A stretch of 63,119 nucleotides of DNA, filler included, from Octopus bimaculoides (GCF_001194135.2; 6 parts of 6 records of this genome joined end to end with filler, not necessarily neighbours in it), one strand, 5' to 3'. Shown: positions 37,857-49,490, counted from the first letter of the whole stretch. Notes: generated from the letters alone by a model not told the origin. Program-made: numbers and translations.

Positions 37857-38053
37857 TGAAAGTTGGACAATGCAATTAGATAATAAAAATTTACATTGCA
37901 CGTTTGAGAATAATAATTCTCAATTATACAATGTAAATTTTTACTATCTAATTAATTGCATTGTCAAAATTTCAAATATATAATACGAATTATAAAAATG
38001 CATAAGGTGATGTAAATAGAAAATACAATTAAATCTTCTTTCTTTTTAAACAG

Positions 38054-38195
38054 AAATAAAGGTACGATTGGTGGGCGGTTTGAACAACACACGTGGACTT
38101 GTTGAAATTTTCCATCAGGAAAGTTGGGGAACAATCTGTAATCACGAATGGAGTTACAAGAATGCTCAAGTAATTTGCCGAATGCTAGGATACAA
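38054..38195 (+). CDS. SRCR-domain protein, exon C (first half of SRCR domain 2)
   Basis: tttttaaacag| and |gtaagt; 142 nt, phase 1-2, same size as exon [47 protein letters not shown]. Confidence 0.95.
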
Positions 38196-40099
38196 GTAAG
38201 TTTCACTTTCTTTAATCAGTTTACAAATGAGTTCACTTTTCTTTCGTTATCCGCTTCTGCTTCCATTAAGGGGCTGTCACAACTTAAGATAAGTTGTACA
38301 CTCAATACTGGCTAACACATTCTTGCTATTGGCTTCTATTTGTGGCTGATCTGGTGTAACATGTATATGTATGTCACAACACTCCACTAATCTCCTACGT
38401 CGGGGCTGCCTCCAACCCTCCTAATCCATGATTAAGGCTTTTTATGGACAAAATATCGAAATAAATAACGTAAAAGTGTGAATTTGTGTTCTTATTTTAT
38501 CATTTCAACAGCTTCACTGAATATAATGTTGCTGCTAGCAAATTCCTCACTGTGTCTCAATCACAAAGTCTCTCTAACATGTTAAGGCACTTTAGCCCTA
38601 ATTTTATGTCTCAGAAGAGTGACCAATGATATATTTAGTCTTCTTAAAGCACGTCCCGTCAGAATACCATCAGCTGAGAAGATCTGAGATTTTGTAGTGG
38701 AAGATAACTAAAAATGCATATCGTAAAATGAGCGATGTCCTGCCCATCATATCGATTCTAATACTTGGCTGGTACATGATTTTATCGACCTCAAAAGTAA
38801 AGTTGAACTCAGATCGCAAAGAACCGTAACTAAATATAGTACAAAAAAGAAACTAACTTGAAAACCTGAACTTTAGGTCGAATAAACGAAACAATAAACG
38901 GACTTCGATTCTCTGAGTTGTCGGGAAAGATTGTTTCACTAATTTGCAAATTTTCCTTCCACTTAATTTCTCCTCATATTGACCAGCAATTACGAAAGTA
39001 GTTCATAGAAGACTGACATCAATTAGCAATCACTTGAATCTAATTTTCTCAATCCTTTCCTTACTATTACTGATGAATAAGCGAATTAAACAGAAGTGTT
39101 GCTTGTCATCCATAAGTTTAAGGTCAGAGTGGGAATTCTACTCTCTTGTTGATCAGTAATTTTGCAGAAACACCTGAATGTAATCGATTAAAGTCGATGT
39201 CATTGACATTCTTATGCTTACTTGTATTGTATAGCGTCGTGTTTCTTGTTATCAACACCATCATACCAATATAAATATTATTATTACCACTATTATTCAT
39301 AGCTTGAGAAATGCAAATAAAATGACAGACACATTTCGTAAGAAGCATTCTGTTTTTAATTTAACAGCTTACGTTGTTTTAATGCTGTAGCCTCATAGTT
39401 CGCTTTTGTACAAAATTACAGTCATTTGGTATTGCTATGTCAAATTATTAGAACATTATTGTTAATTTTGTCATGGAAAATAACATCAAGCATATTTTAT
39501 GTTATTTGATGACTTTCACTGTATAGTTCCCACAGTATTTCTGCGTTGTCATTTTTAAGGAGTGTTGGAAATATGTAATGTCAGAGCTAGTGTATCCCAG
39601 AAATAAATCGAAATTTAAAAACAGTACGCCAACCAGCCAACCGAATATGCTCTCGATTGCAGTGCAGTGTGTAGACGAATTTCTTCTGTAGCCTAAAAAC
39701 AACCAAATCACGCCACGTCAGTTAACTATTTACCTACACGTGTCAGAGTGAACATAATTTAGTGCAGTTGGAGATTTATTGCAAATTGATCAATGACGGA
39801 ATTGTAAGAACAACGTTGTTTGTTTGAAATCCTGTTTCAAATTGCAAGCCCTGTCCCCAGTGCAAAACAAAAACCTTTGGTGACTTTTCAAAGTTTATTT
39901 GCCCCAAATTCCACAATGACGTCACAATTATAAATTTCCATAGTTCAGAAAAAATTTCTAAGCTTTCATGACTTTGGCCTGTAACTTGATGACATTCGCA
40001 TAGAACAAACAAAGGATTATGGTGCTTGTGGTCTTGTAGCTACTCTTTCGGGGCAGAAGGTAGTCGGACCAAAAGTAGTGAATGTGAATCTCGGTGAAA

Positions 40100-41060
40100 T
40101 AGTCTCGTTTTTTTTTTTATATGAATTGTGTCAATTTGTTGGACACTTTCCTTGTAATTTATTACTAAATTTCTTTGTAATTTTGCTATGCCACGTTTCA
40201 TGAATCCACAATCATTGGTGATAATTTATTCATCCTTATTAAGTAGTACACTATCGAGCAATTTTTATAATCAGTCCGGGCGGCATTGAAGTTCTTTTTC
40301 TACTTGAAGGCATTTAGTATAGTCTTGTTTATCAATATTTGATCTTTACAGCAAAATGGGCCTCTTTCGAAACTCTTGCCTTCCAGGTAGAAGATTATTT
40401 TTGTTGCAATGCTAATGTAGTTTTTTGCCTAAAATCTATGTTAAGTCTCGTAGAAGATAGAAAGGCAGGTGATTGGCCTGTAGAGTCATCTGACTATTAT
40501 TTTTGTATGAGCATTGGTTTTACTTGAGTCAGTCACTTTGGTATCTTATTATTTCATGACAGCATTTGGGGGATATGAAACATGTGTCTAAGTCAGGAAA
40601 TTATATCTTGTCTACTGCAGGGGACTTCCAAATTTCTAATTTGTTTTTGTTTTCTAGATTAATTTTCATTTGTTTTATGGCGTTTCTCTACTTCTCAGAT
40701 TTTCATTCACAATACTTCTATTTTCCTTTAATAACGAATTTTCTACTTATCTTGTTTTGTTATTTAATTCTCTGCAGACACTTCCTACATTCGAAACATT
40801 TTATTTTGTTTAAATTGATCGGTTCTTTTTTCAAATCTCTGTATTCTCCAAACTTTACGTTGAATTAATAATTCTCTTGTGAGTTTTACACTATTATTAT
40901 TCGTCTTGAATATTTAAACTTTCTGCGCAATTTTGCCTTTCTGAAGTGATATTTTAGTGCCCCTATTTCAAAACTCATTTATTCTAGCAATGTCTTTTCT
41001 CTCGAGATTTATCTCATGCTGAATCTTTTCTTTCCAGGCAAGATTTCTTTAAGATTTTAG
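40100..41060 (-). mobile_element. R4/Dong-type LINE reverse transcriptase fragment, antisense in an SRCR intron
   Basis: Minus-strand YRPITCL; CKDQILINKTIL; DYKN..DSV correspond to the YRPITCL / GCKDQLLINK / WIDYKKAFDSVPH motifs. Confidence 0.75.
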
Positions 41061-41070
41061 TAATTTATGT

Positions 41071-41268
41071 CATTTACTTGTTTCAGTCATTTGACTGCGG
41101 CTATGCTGGAGCACCAAACTGAATTTATCCTCCCCAGTACTTATTTTTTTGAAAGCCTGATACTTATTCTATCGATCTTTCTTGTCGCACCGCTAACTTA
41201 CGGACACGTAAACACACCGCCACTGGTTGTCAAGCGGTAGTGATGGTGGTGGCAACCACATGTACAAA

Positions 41269-41303
<35 letters not shown>

Positions 41304-41523
41304 CAGGCTTCTTTCAGTTTCCGTCTACCAAACCTACTCACAAGGNNNNNNNNNNACACACGACAGGCTTCTTTCAGTTTCCGTCTACCAAACCTACTCA
41401 CAAGGCTTTGGTCGGCTCGAAGCTATAGTAGAAGACACTTGCCCAAGGTACTACGCAGTAGGACTGAACTACGAACCATGTGGTTTAGAGACAAGCTTCT
41501 TACCATACAGCCACGCCTGCGCC
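41071..41523 (-). mobile_element. tRNA-derived SINE family D with internal (CA)n, near full length
   Basis: Reverse-strand head ggcgcaggcgtggctgtatggtaagaagcttg...gttcagtcc; tail ccgcagtcaaatgactgaaacaagtaaa. Confidence 0.85.
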
Positions 41524-43144
41524 TACATAGATTTTCTCTGTAATTATTTCTAATGCTCAGCTTGCTCGATTAAAGCTTAGGCCTTTAGTGTTTTACCATA
41601 TTTTACTGATTTGTAGACTGCCTACATTTTGTAAAAGCTTTATCGCTTAAACTTTTGCTTAACTGTGTCCAGTAAATCTCCATAGTCACTGCTTTCATTT
41701 ATTTGCATTGGGTTTCGGTATGAAATTGCCTGTTCACCGTTTACTTTTATCTTATCCCACAACGCACCGTAGAAAGTTTATTCTTCTGAGCGGTGTATAT
41801 TTATGTTGTGTCCTGTATATATTTATGCTGTGTTGTTTTGCTTTGGTTTAGTATATCCGTTTTATATTTTCCTGGTCTGTAAAAGTTATTCGGTTGTTTA
41901 TTGACATGTCTCTTATTACGCTATCGTAGGTAAATCTTAGGATTGCTTTTCCGCCTGATTTGAGAAGTCGATTCTGTAATATTACTTGAAAGATTTAGCG
42001 TGGGTATAAGGAAGAGCTAATCTGTCGTTATTCAACTCTGGTTCATTTTTGATTTTGTGACAAATGGTGAAATTATTTTTAGTTATGTAATTCCATTTGG
42101 TTAAGACATTTCTGGATTACTTTTGTGTTTGTTTAGTTTTCGTTTTTAAAGATTTTGAGAATTACATTGCCATAACATCTGGTACAAAAACAGGTCTAAA
42201 TTGCATTAACCCATGTTTTTAATATAATGAACAATGGTTAAACCTTCACAGTAATCAATACATGCTATTTTTATCAATAATTTAGTCGTAAATAAATAAA
42301 CAACTTGCAATAAAATTAGAATTAAAATTAATTCTAACACTATACGTTTAATAATCAGAACAACGTTATTAAATTAAGGAATTGTAACAATTAATAAATT
42401 CTTTGAAAATTACTCTCCATGATTTCCTCTCAAAAACGTGGTGAGTTTAAAAACAAGCGATATTTTCTGAAAATTAAACGTCCTTGACACAGTAGTTTCA
42501 TGGCGTCTATTTCCTTTTCAATTACCACCACAAATGTTTCCTTTTCCTCTTAGTTTTTGATGTTAAATTGCTTCCTTCATTTTCATTGGGTTTCTCCTTA
42601 AGCTTTGAAAGCCATGAGTATTTACTGAGATCCTTGCATCATTGAATTCCAGAGTGGCATAATCGCTAGAAATGGCCTTATGATAGTTTATGTTCTAATT
42701 TCAAACTCTATCGGTATAGATTTCTTTGGCTTTCTTCAACAAAATGTTTAAAATGTTCATTATTGTTATGAAGAGGTCAGTAGAGTGGCCGAAGCGGTGT
42801 AGTTTGGGATAGAATAACATGCAACATTTAATTACACCTTCCTTTACGTTCTGAGTTTAAATTCCGCTTAAGCTGACTCTCGCAAAGATCTTGATAAAAT
42901 AGGCACCAGTAAGGCACCGGATAGATTTAATCGACTATTTTGTTTCTTATGAATGTACGGTATTGTGTGGGATATCAATGTAATTCTAACTGCAGTTTAT
43001 AAATGTACATAGAAACTCATACGCACACACTAATACACGTATAATACACACATGCATACATACACACATGCACACATACACACATGCACACATACACACA
43101 TGCACACATATATGATCAGAATGCATTTCTTCTTTATATTCTAG

Positions 43145-43451
43145 AAACGGTGAAAAATACGAGTCTCGTCTGGCAACCGGAATCGTACCATCGTACTCAG
43201 TGAAATGTGAAGGCCACGAGCAGACGATCAATCATTGTCCACTTGACTGGCCAATGGATGAGTGTCCAGACAATAACTATGCAGTAGGTGTTACTTGTAC
43301 TAATAACAAACAACAATTGACACCAGTATCAGCGTCTACCGATCATGCATATAATGCATGCAAACCAATGATCGTCTGTTTGTCTGCTCTAGTACCGTCT
43401 TTGATTTTATCTGTTTGTAACTTTTTGTTTGTTCGTCTGTCTATCTTTTGA
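43145..43451 (+). CDS. SRCR-domain protein, exon D (second half of SRCR domain 2, linker, hydrophobic C-terminus, stop)
   Basis: ttctttatattctag|; phase 2, matching exon C. VKCEGHEQTINHC...ECPDNNYAVGVTC then TNNKQQLTPVSASTD...MIVCLSALVPSLILSVCNFLFVRLSIF*. No strong internal donor. The five exons total 800 nt and stay in frame. Confidence 0.85.
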
Positions 43452-43721
43452 TATTTTTGTCTTATCTATCATGACTGATTGGCATGGAATCATTCTCCAA
43501 TATATCTCAACCATCTCAGGCCATAGATGCACTCTCTCTTCACATTACCTTTTTTACCTCTCTCTACTACACCGGTCTCTGCTCCTAAGAGTTTGACTTT
43601 TGTATACCACATCCATCTAAGACCAACTATTACACCAATATTTCCACATCTCTTTTCTTCTCACCCCACTTCCCCTAGCCAGCACCATTCCTTCAGTGTT
43701 CTGCTTTGTTACATCCAGAAA

Positions 43722-43845
43722 TGGCTCTGACAAAAGTAGCATCAATCTTTTAGGCCGTTCAATTTTTCTCAACTGATCAATGGATCAATTGAGTAAACCT
43801 GTCAGTAACGAACCTATAACGACTACTGGAAACAGCTGTAAGCCA
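43722..43845 (+). ncRNA. Type I hammerhead-like motif with extended stem II, in the putative SRCR 3' UTR
   Basis: Stem I uggcu/agcca; core CUGACAA (G8>A at 43732); stem II base aguag/cuacu; GAAA 43829-32; palindromic stem III ACAGCUGU; GUA cleavage triplet. Confidence 0.5.
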
Positions 43846-43855
43846 AATTTAGTCC

Positions 43856-43861
43856 AATAAA
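43856..43861 (+). promoter_or_regulatory. Candidate polyadenylation signal of the SRCR gene
   Basis: First AATAAA I found after the stop, about 400 nt downstream. Weak evidence in AT-rich DNA. Confidence 0.3.
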
Positions 43862-44132
43862 GGAAAAATACGCAATGACCCAGCCATTTAACCACACACT
43901 TGCTTTTGGTGGTATTTTTCTTTCACTGAACTTTTCCGTTTTCCTTTTTGATAAAGAACCATGGAAGAAATATCAAAGACCCTCCCTTTTTTCCACTTTT
44001 ACTGAGCATCGAACCAATACATTCCATGTGCACGTCCGCTTTTTGTTTTGTTATTGTCATTTTTAATGTTCGATTATTCGATATTGAGTATTTTATATAT
44101 ATATAGATATATATATATATATATATATATAT

Positions 44133-44232
44133 NNNNNNNNNNNNNNNNNNNNNNNNNNNNNNNNNNNNNNNNNNNNTTAATTAATTAANNNNNNNNNNNN
44201 NNNNNNNNNNNNNNNNNNNNNNNNNNNNNNNN
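44133..44232. other. Artificial scaffold linker N44-TTAATTAATTAA-N44
   Basis: Same fixed 100-bp structure. Confidence 0.95.
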
Positions 44233-44271
<39 letters not shown>

Positions 44272-44909
44272 TGTTTAAGAATCCATAAATCAGGAAAAAC
44301 TGGCACTAGTATATTTGTCAATAGAGTCGGTGTACCAGTCATAGGAATTGTGCAATATGTAACTCTAACAATGTAATCGAACGAGTATTTTTTTTTTGTG
44401 TGTGACCGTAGCTTGCGCAGTGAATAAATTTTACATTTCTATCGCCGTTGGCTTATGGCGAGGTTTTACCAGAGTACAACGCTTATTTGAATCTAGATGG
44501 AGTCGGCCATTTGAGAGTTGAATCTTTGAACCAAGAACTCAGTGAGCAACGTCACATGCAAAAACACAGATGAGGGACACTTAACAGCGGATGATTAACG
44601 TATTTGATCACTTATATGACTCAAGGAATCGCTAGATGCGTCCGAATTTCGGCGTACGAATGCAACAACAACGACAAAGATGTTTGGCCTAGTAAAACAT
44701 GTAATATTGGGCTATAATAGGAATATTTAGTAATCACACGATGTCGCTATTCGTTAGAATAATACCCACGCGATCAATATAATTTGATCAATCACGACTT
44801 CATGTGGAATAGGCTCCAGCGACAATTTCAGCTTTTGATGGGCTCCTTTCTGAGCCCGTCAATCAGAATAAAAGCTGCACACAGCGACTACCAGACAGAG
44901 CTTTGGGAT

Positions 44910-45054
44910 GTAGCGGAGAGACGAACGGTGAACAGACGCGAGCAGCCGCTGAACCGTAGCGGAGAGACGAACGGTGAACAGACGCGAGCAGCCGCTGAGC
45001 CGTAGCGGAGAGACGAACGGTGAACAGACGCGAGCAGCCGCTGAACCGTAGCGG
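44910..45054. repeat. GC-rich 46-bp minisatellite (3+ copies, continuing into a gap)
   Basis: Unit gtagcggagagacgaacggtgaacagacgcgagcagccgctgaacc at 44910, 44956, 45002 and partial 45048. Confidence 0.95.
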
Positions 45055-45394
45055 NNNNNNNNNNNNNNNNNNNNNNNNNNNNNNNNNNNNNNNNNNNNNN
45101 NNNNNNNNNNNNNNNNNNNNNNNNNNNNNNNNNNNNNNNNNNNNNNNNNNNNNNNNNNNNNNNNNNNNNNNNNNNNNNNNNNNNNNNNNNNNNNNNNNNN
45201 NNNNNNNNNNNNNNNNNNNNNNNNNNNNNNNNNNNNNNNNNNNNNNNNNNNNNNNNNNNNNNNNNNNNNTATCCAAACTCTTTCAACATTTGTCGTCCGT
45301 GGTAACAGAATTTGCTTTTTGCAAAGCCCAAAGAAAAGAGTAAAAGTTTGTTTACTGAAAGTTGCAACAGATTTCGTCGCCTTCTTCTATGTAT

Positions 45395-45592
45395 TCTTTT
45401 CTACTCTGGACACAAGGCCCGAAATTTTTGGGGAGGGGGGCCAGTCGATTAGATCGATCCCGGTACGCAACTGGTACTTAATTTATCGACTCCGAAAGGA
45501 TGGAAGGCAAAGTCGACCTCGGTGGAATTTGAACTCAGAACATAAAGACAGACGAAATACCACTAAGCATTTCGCCCGGCATGCTAACGTTT
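45395..45592 (-). mobile_element. SINE family A (tail type 2)
   Basis: Family A body with tail ttttctactctggacacaaggcccgaaatttttggg. Confidence 0.88.
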
Positions 45593-46504
45593 CTTATTTC
45601 TTTATTACCCAAAGATTCAAATGCATAATGGAAAAAATTTAGTTATACTACTGTAAATTGGTTCGTTGGAATCGAGATTAATAAACTAATAACAAGGGAC
45701 ATAACTTCTTAAATATTTTTATTTCAAGGGAGGCTACTTTCATTTGTACCACGGTGTCAAAATTTCCGTCGTTCGACAAAAATCTGATGCAAATTTTATT
45801 ATTTCGATTCTAATCAAATCTTTATACTCCCTTCTTCGTTTTTATTCGTATTATTTCTCAAATCAATCAACTACAAATGGAATCCAAGAATGGATCAACC
45901 AGTAGCAGACTTCACACTCACGGACAAAGTAATCCATGGTAACTACCACAATAAAGTTTGTCGTAACAGAACATCCACGTTTAAGCGGGGATAAATATTA
46001 CCTCGCGGTCTTAATGCTGCCACAGTCACCAATATATGTAATCCATTGTAATCATATATTACACAATATATGTAATCCATTGCATATCTTCATTTCACTT
46101 TGCTGTCTTTCTTAAAATCAGAACCAAAGTGGAATCGATAAAAAAATTGTCTTTAGTTCCATATGGAATTCTAAGCCTTTTCTTATATTTTCTGCTGGTT
46201 CCATTTCCATGCCTAGCATTACTCTTTTTTTTTTTACTTGTTTCAGTAATTTGACTGCGGCCATGCTGGAGCACGGTGAGATTTCTACCAGTTTTTGATA
46301 TTTTACAGTTGTATACGGTTATATTCTTTGAAAACTTATTGATCGATGCATTGTGGATGGAAGTTGGAAAATGGAAACGGTGCGAAAGCCCATCTTGTGT
46401 TTGTGCATATGAATATGTGTGTGTATGTGCATGCTCGCGCGCGTGTATATGCACATGTAAGTACAAAGTACATATGTATATGTATGTATATGTCTCATGG
46501 CCTA

Positions 46505-46800
46505 GGCGCGTGAGTTAGTGGTTTAGGTGCTGCGTTTACGGTCGCTTGTCACAGGTTCGATTCTCGGAGCGAGTGGTGCATTGTGTTCTTGAGCAAAACA
46601 CTTCATTTCTCGTTGCTCTGCGACCACTTCGATATCTGACGGGTGGCAAACTTGTGCACCTGTACAGGTAATATCGATTTGATGGAGGGAGTGAGCTAAT
46701 GTACAGAACATACATTTTATCACTATAAACAAATCGTTTGTGCAAGTCGTTCAGCAAAAAACTGAACAGTCATACGATGTCCTCGACGAGAGGCCATCAT
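46505..46800 (+). mobile_element. tRNA-derived SINE, head C / tail iii
   Basis: Head ggcgcgtg..tagtggttta...ggttcgattc; body ttgtgttcttgagcaaaacacttcatttc; 3' part differs from tails i and B. Confidence 0.7.
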
Positions 46801-47351
46801 GTGTGTGTGTGTGTGTATGTTCTTCTCTTTCTCTTTTTAATTTTGAGTAAATTTTGACCTGTCACTTGCTAGCAAGCTTGTGAAGGAAACCATCTTGTTT
46901 TGTTCATCATCTTTTAAATCTTTAAAAATGGTTTTCTGATATTTTTAGTCCCAGATATCGTAACCACTTGTAGCGTATGAATTAAGACTTTGTCTTCTTC
47001 CTTCAAGACCCCAAGTTCAGTCAGACTTGCTCCAGACTGGTCGATACACATCCTGTTGTTCAAATAATAATGAAACTGAAAGTGTATATTGGGTACTGAA
47101 TTTTCAAACTCCTTATCAATGGTCCACAAATGTCCTCTTTCTCTTGTCTTCTTCTAACCACATTTATGTCTAGAGGGTAGTTGGTTTCCACAGCAGAACA
47201 TGTGAGATCGTATTGGGTCCTGAGCGTGAAGCAGGATTTTCTTAATCGTTCGTTACTCCGCCTTCAACGAATGTGAGAAATCCATTGAAGATCGTTCTTG
47301 AGAGGTTAATAACTTCTTAAGAGGGACTCAATACTTTCTGAGTCTTAAGAT

Positions 47352-47556
47352 GAGGAGCTGGCAGAAACGTTAGCGCGCCAGACGAAATGCTTAGCTCTAC
47401 TTCGTCTGCCGTTACGTTCTGAGATCAAATTCCGCCGAGGTCGACTTTGTCTTTCATCCTTTTGGGGTCGATTAAATAAGTACCAGTTACGCACTGGGGT
47501 CTTAATCCCTTGTTTGTCCCCTCTATGTTTAGCCCCTTGTGGGCAATAAAGAAATA
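47352..47556 (+). mobile_element. SINE family A (tail type 1)
   Basis: gagctggcagaaacgttagc...; ends atgtttagccccttgtgggcaataaagaaata. Confidence 0.9.
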
Positions 47557-48024
47557 TATATATTTCAAGCATTGCAGTGTCGACTATTCTAATAATTTCG
47601 TCGAGACCATAACTGGTTGCCATACAAACTCAGAAGAAGGCATGTGGGCAAATGCTTAAGCCAAATCAAAAGGAATGAATGGACCCACAAATAGACAATT
47701 GACCTGAATTTATGTGGCCTGAGCGATTTGGAACAAATGCGTTTTATCATTTTTGGCATTACACTGCCCTGCATATGTATAAATTGTAGATCGTATATTT
47801 GATATTGTCGTTTCATTTTCGATTTTTAATGTATTGTTTAAGTGTGGAGATTTCATTAAAGCAAGTATGTTCATTTCTGTGTTCATTTGGCAAAACTGTA
47901 GAAATTGCTGTTTTGATATTGTTGTTAAAATCCCCGTACTTTTCCACATAGATTGAAAAAAAAAAAAAAAAAAAAGTTTTGGGGCGGAGAGAGGTTGGGT
48001 GGGTGGTTGGTTGGTTTAAAAATT

Positions 48025-48150
48025 TACATTCTGGGGTCGACTCTGCCTTTCATTCATTCTGGGCCGATAATTTAAGTACTGAGGTCGATGTAATTGACTG
48101 GCTCCTTCCCCTAAAATTTCAGGCCTTGTGCCTATAGTAGAAAGGATCAG
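48025..48150 (+). mobile_element. SINE family A 3' fragment (tail type 2)
   Basis: gtcgactctgcctttcattc...aaaatttcaggccttgtgcctatagtagaaagga. Confidence 0.7.
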
Positions 48151-49399
48151 TTGTAGAAAGGATTATAATCATTGTTGTTGTTGTTGTTGTTGTTGNNNNN
48201 NNNNNNNNNNNNNNNNNNNNNNNNNNNNNNNNNNNNNNNNNNNNNNNNNNNNNNNNNNNNNNNNNNNNNNNNNNNNNNNNNNNNNNNNNNNNNNNNNNNN
48301 NNNNNNNNNNNNNNNNNNNNNNNNNNNNNNNNNNNNNNNNNNNNNNNNNNNNNNNNNNNNNNNNNNNNNNNNNNNNNNNNNNNNNNNNNNNNNNNNNNNN
48401 NNNNNNNNNNNNNNNNNNNNNNNNNNNNNNNNNNNNNNNNNNNNNNNNNNNNNNNNNNNNNNNNNNNNNNNNNNNNNNNNNNNNNNNNNNNNNNNNNNNN
48501 NNNNNNNNNNNNNNNNNNNNNNNNNNNNNNNNNNNNNNNNNNNNNNNNNNNNNNNNNNNNNNNNNNNNNNNNNNNNNNNNNNNNNNNNNNNNNNNNNNNN
48601 NNNNNNNNNNNNNNNNNNNNNNNNNNNNNNNNNNNNNNNNNNNNNNNNNNNNNNNNNNNNNNNNNNNNNNNNNNNNNNNNNNNNNNNNNNNNNNNNNNNN
48701 NNNNNNNNNNNNNNNNNNNNNNNNNNNNNNNNNNNNNNNNNNNNNNNNNNNNNNNNNNNNNNNNNNNNNNNNNNNNNNNNNNNNNNNNNNNNNNNNNNNN
48801 NNNNTTCTTCCCACTCATCTTCCATCACCTCTTTCTCTTTGATCGTCTGCCGTATCATGGCAATGATGAGGATCAGCATCGTCGTCGTTGCCTTGGTCGA
48901 GGCGATCGTCATCGTCATCATTTTTCATCACCGTCATTGTCACCGCCGCCGCCATCACAAACGCCGCCGCCACCGCCATCACAAACGCCGCCGTTATAAA
49001 ACTATCTCAACATACCATACCAGCCATACCAACGACCCAACATACCTCCATCAACAGCTGCCCCACGGATATCACTATGGTTTCGACACCTGAAGCAGTA
49101 CCATTCAATCCGGCGGTGTCAACAACGCTAAAATAAATGTTGCTTGGGAACAAACACACCTTAGATATCACTACATACATTCGATCTTAGGATTAAACAC
49201 TAACATTATTAATTAAACTACGACAAAGAAACACATTTACCCTATGAACAAAAACGCTATCGGTAAATTAATTCAATAAGTAAACCTATAACTCACTCCT
49301 AAATTATTCAACTAAATAGCAACATAGCCTTTGAAGTTCATGCTGATAATATTCCCACCAGTCTTCCATAGTTATTGATATAAAAGTGAAAGCTTTTAT

Positions 49400-49490
49400 A
49401 GATACTTGACCAAGGTGTCACGCAGTGGGACTAAACCTGGAACCATTTGGTTGGGAAGCAAGCTTCTTACCACACAGTCACGTCTGCGTC
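49400..49490 (-). mobile_element. SINE family D head fragment
   Basis: ccaaggtgtcacgcagtgggactaaacctggaacc...aagcttcttaccacacag, matching 41440-41520. Confidence 0.75.

Noticed and set aside
41296-41405. Apparent 50-bp direct repeat inside a SINE
   Set aside because: Same 10-N overlap artefact.
44910-45054. CRISPR-like repeat array
   Set aside because: Units are contiguous with no unique spacers, there are no cas genes, and the context is eukaryotic.
48815-49135. His/Pro/Arg-rich exon-like stretch
   Set aside because: A mosaic of decayed CAT/CGT/GCC triplets next to a gap, with no credible splice sites or domain.
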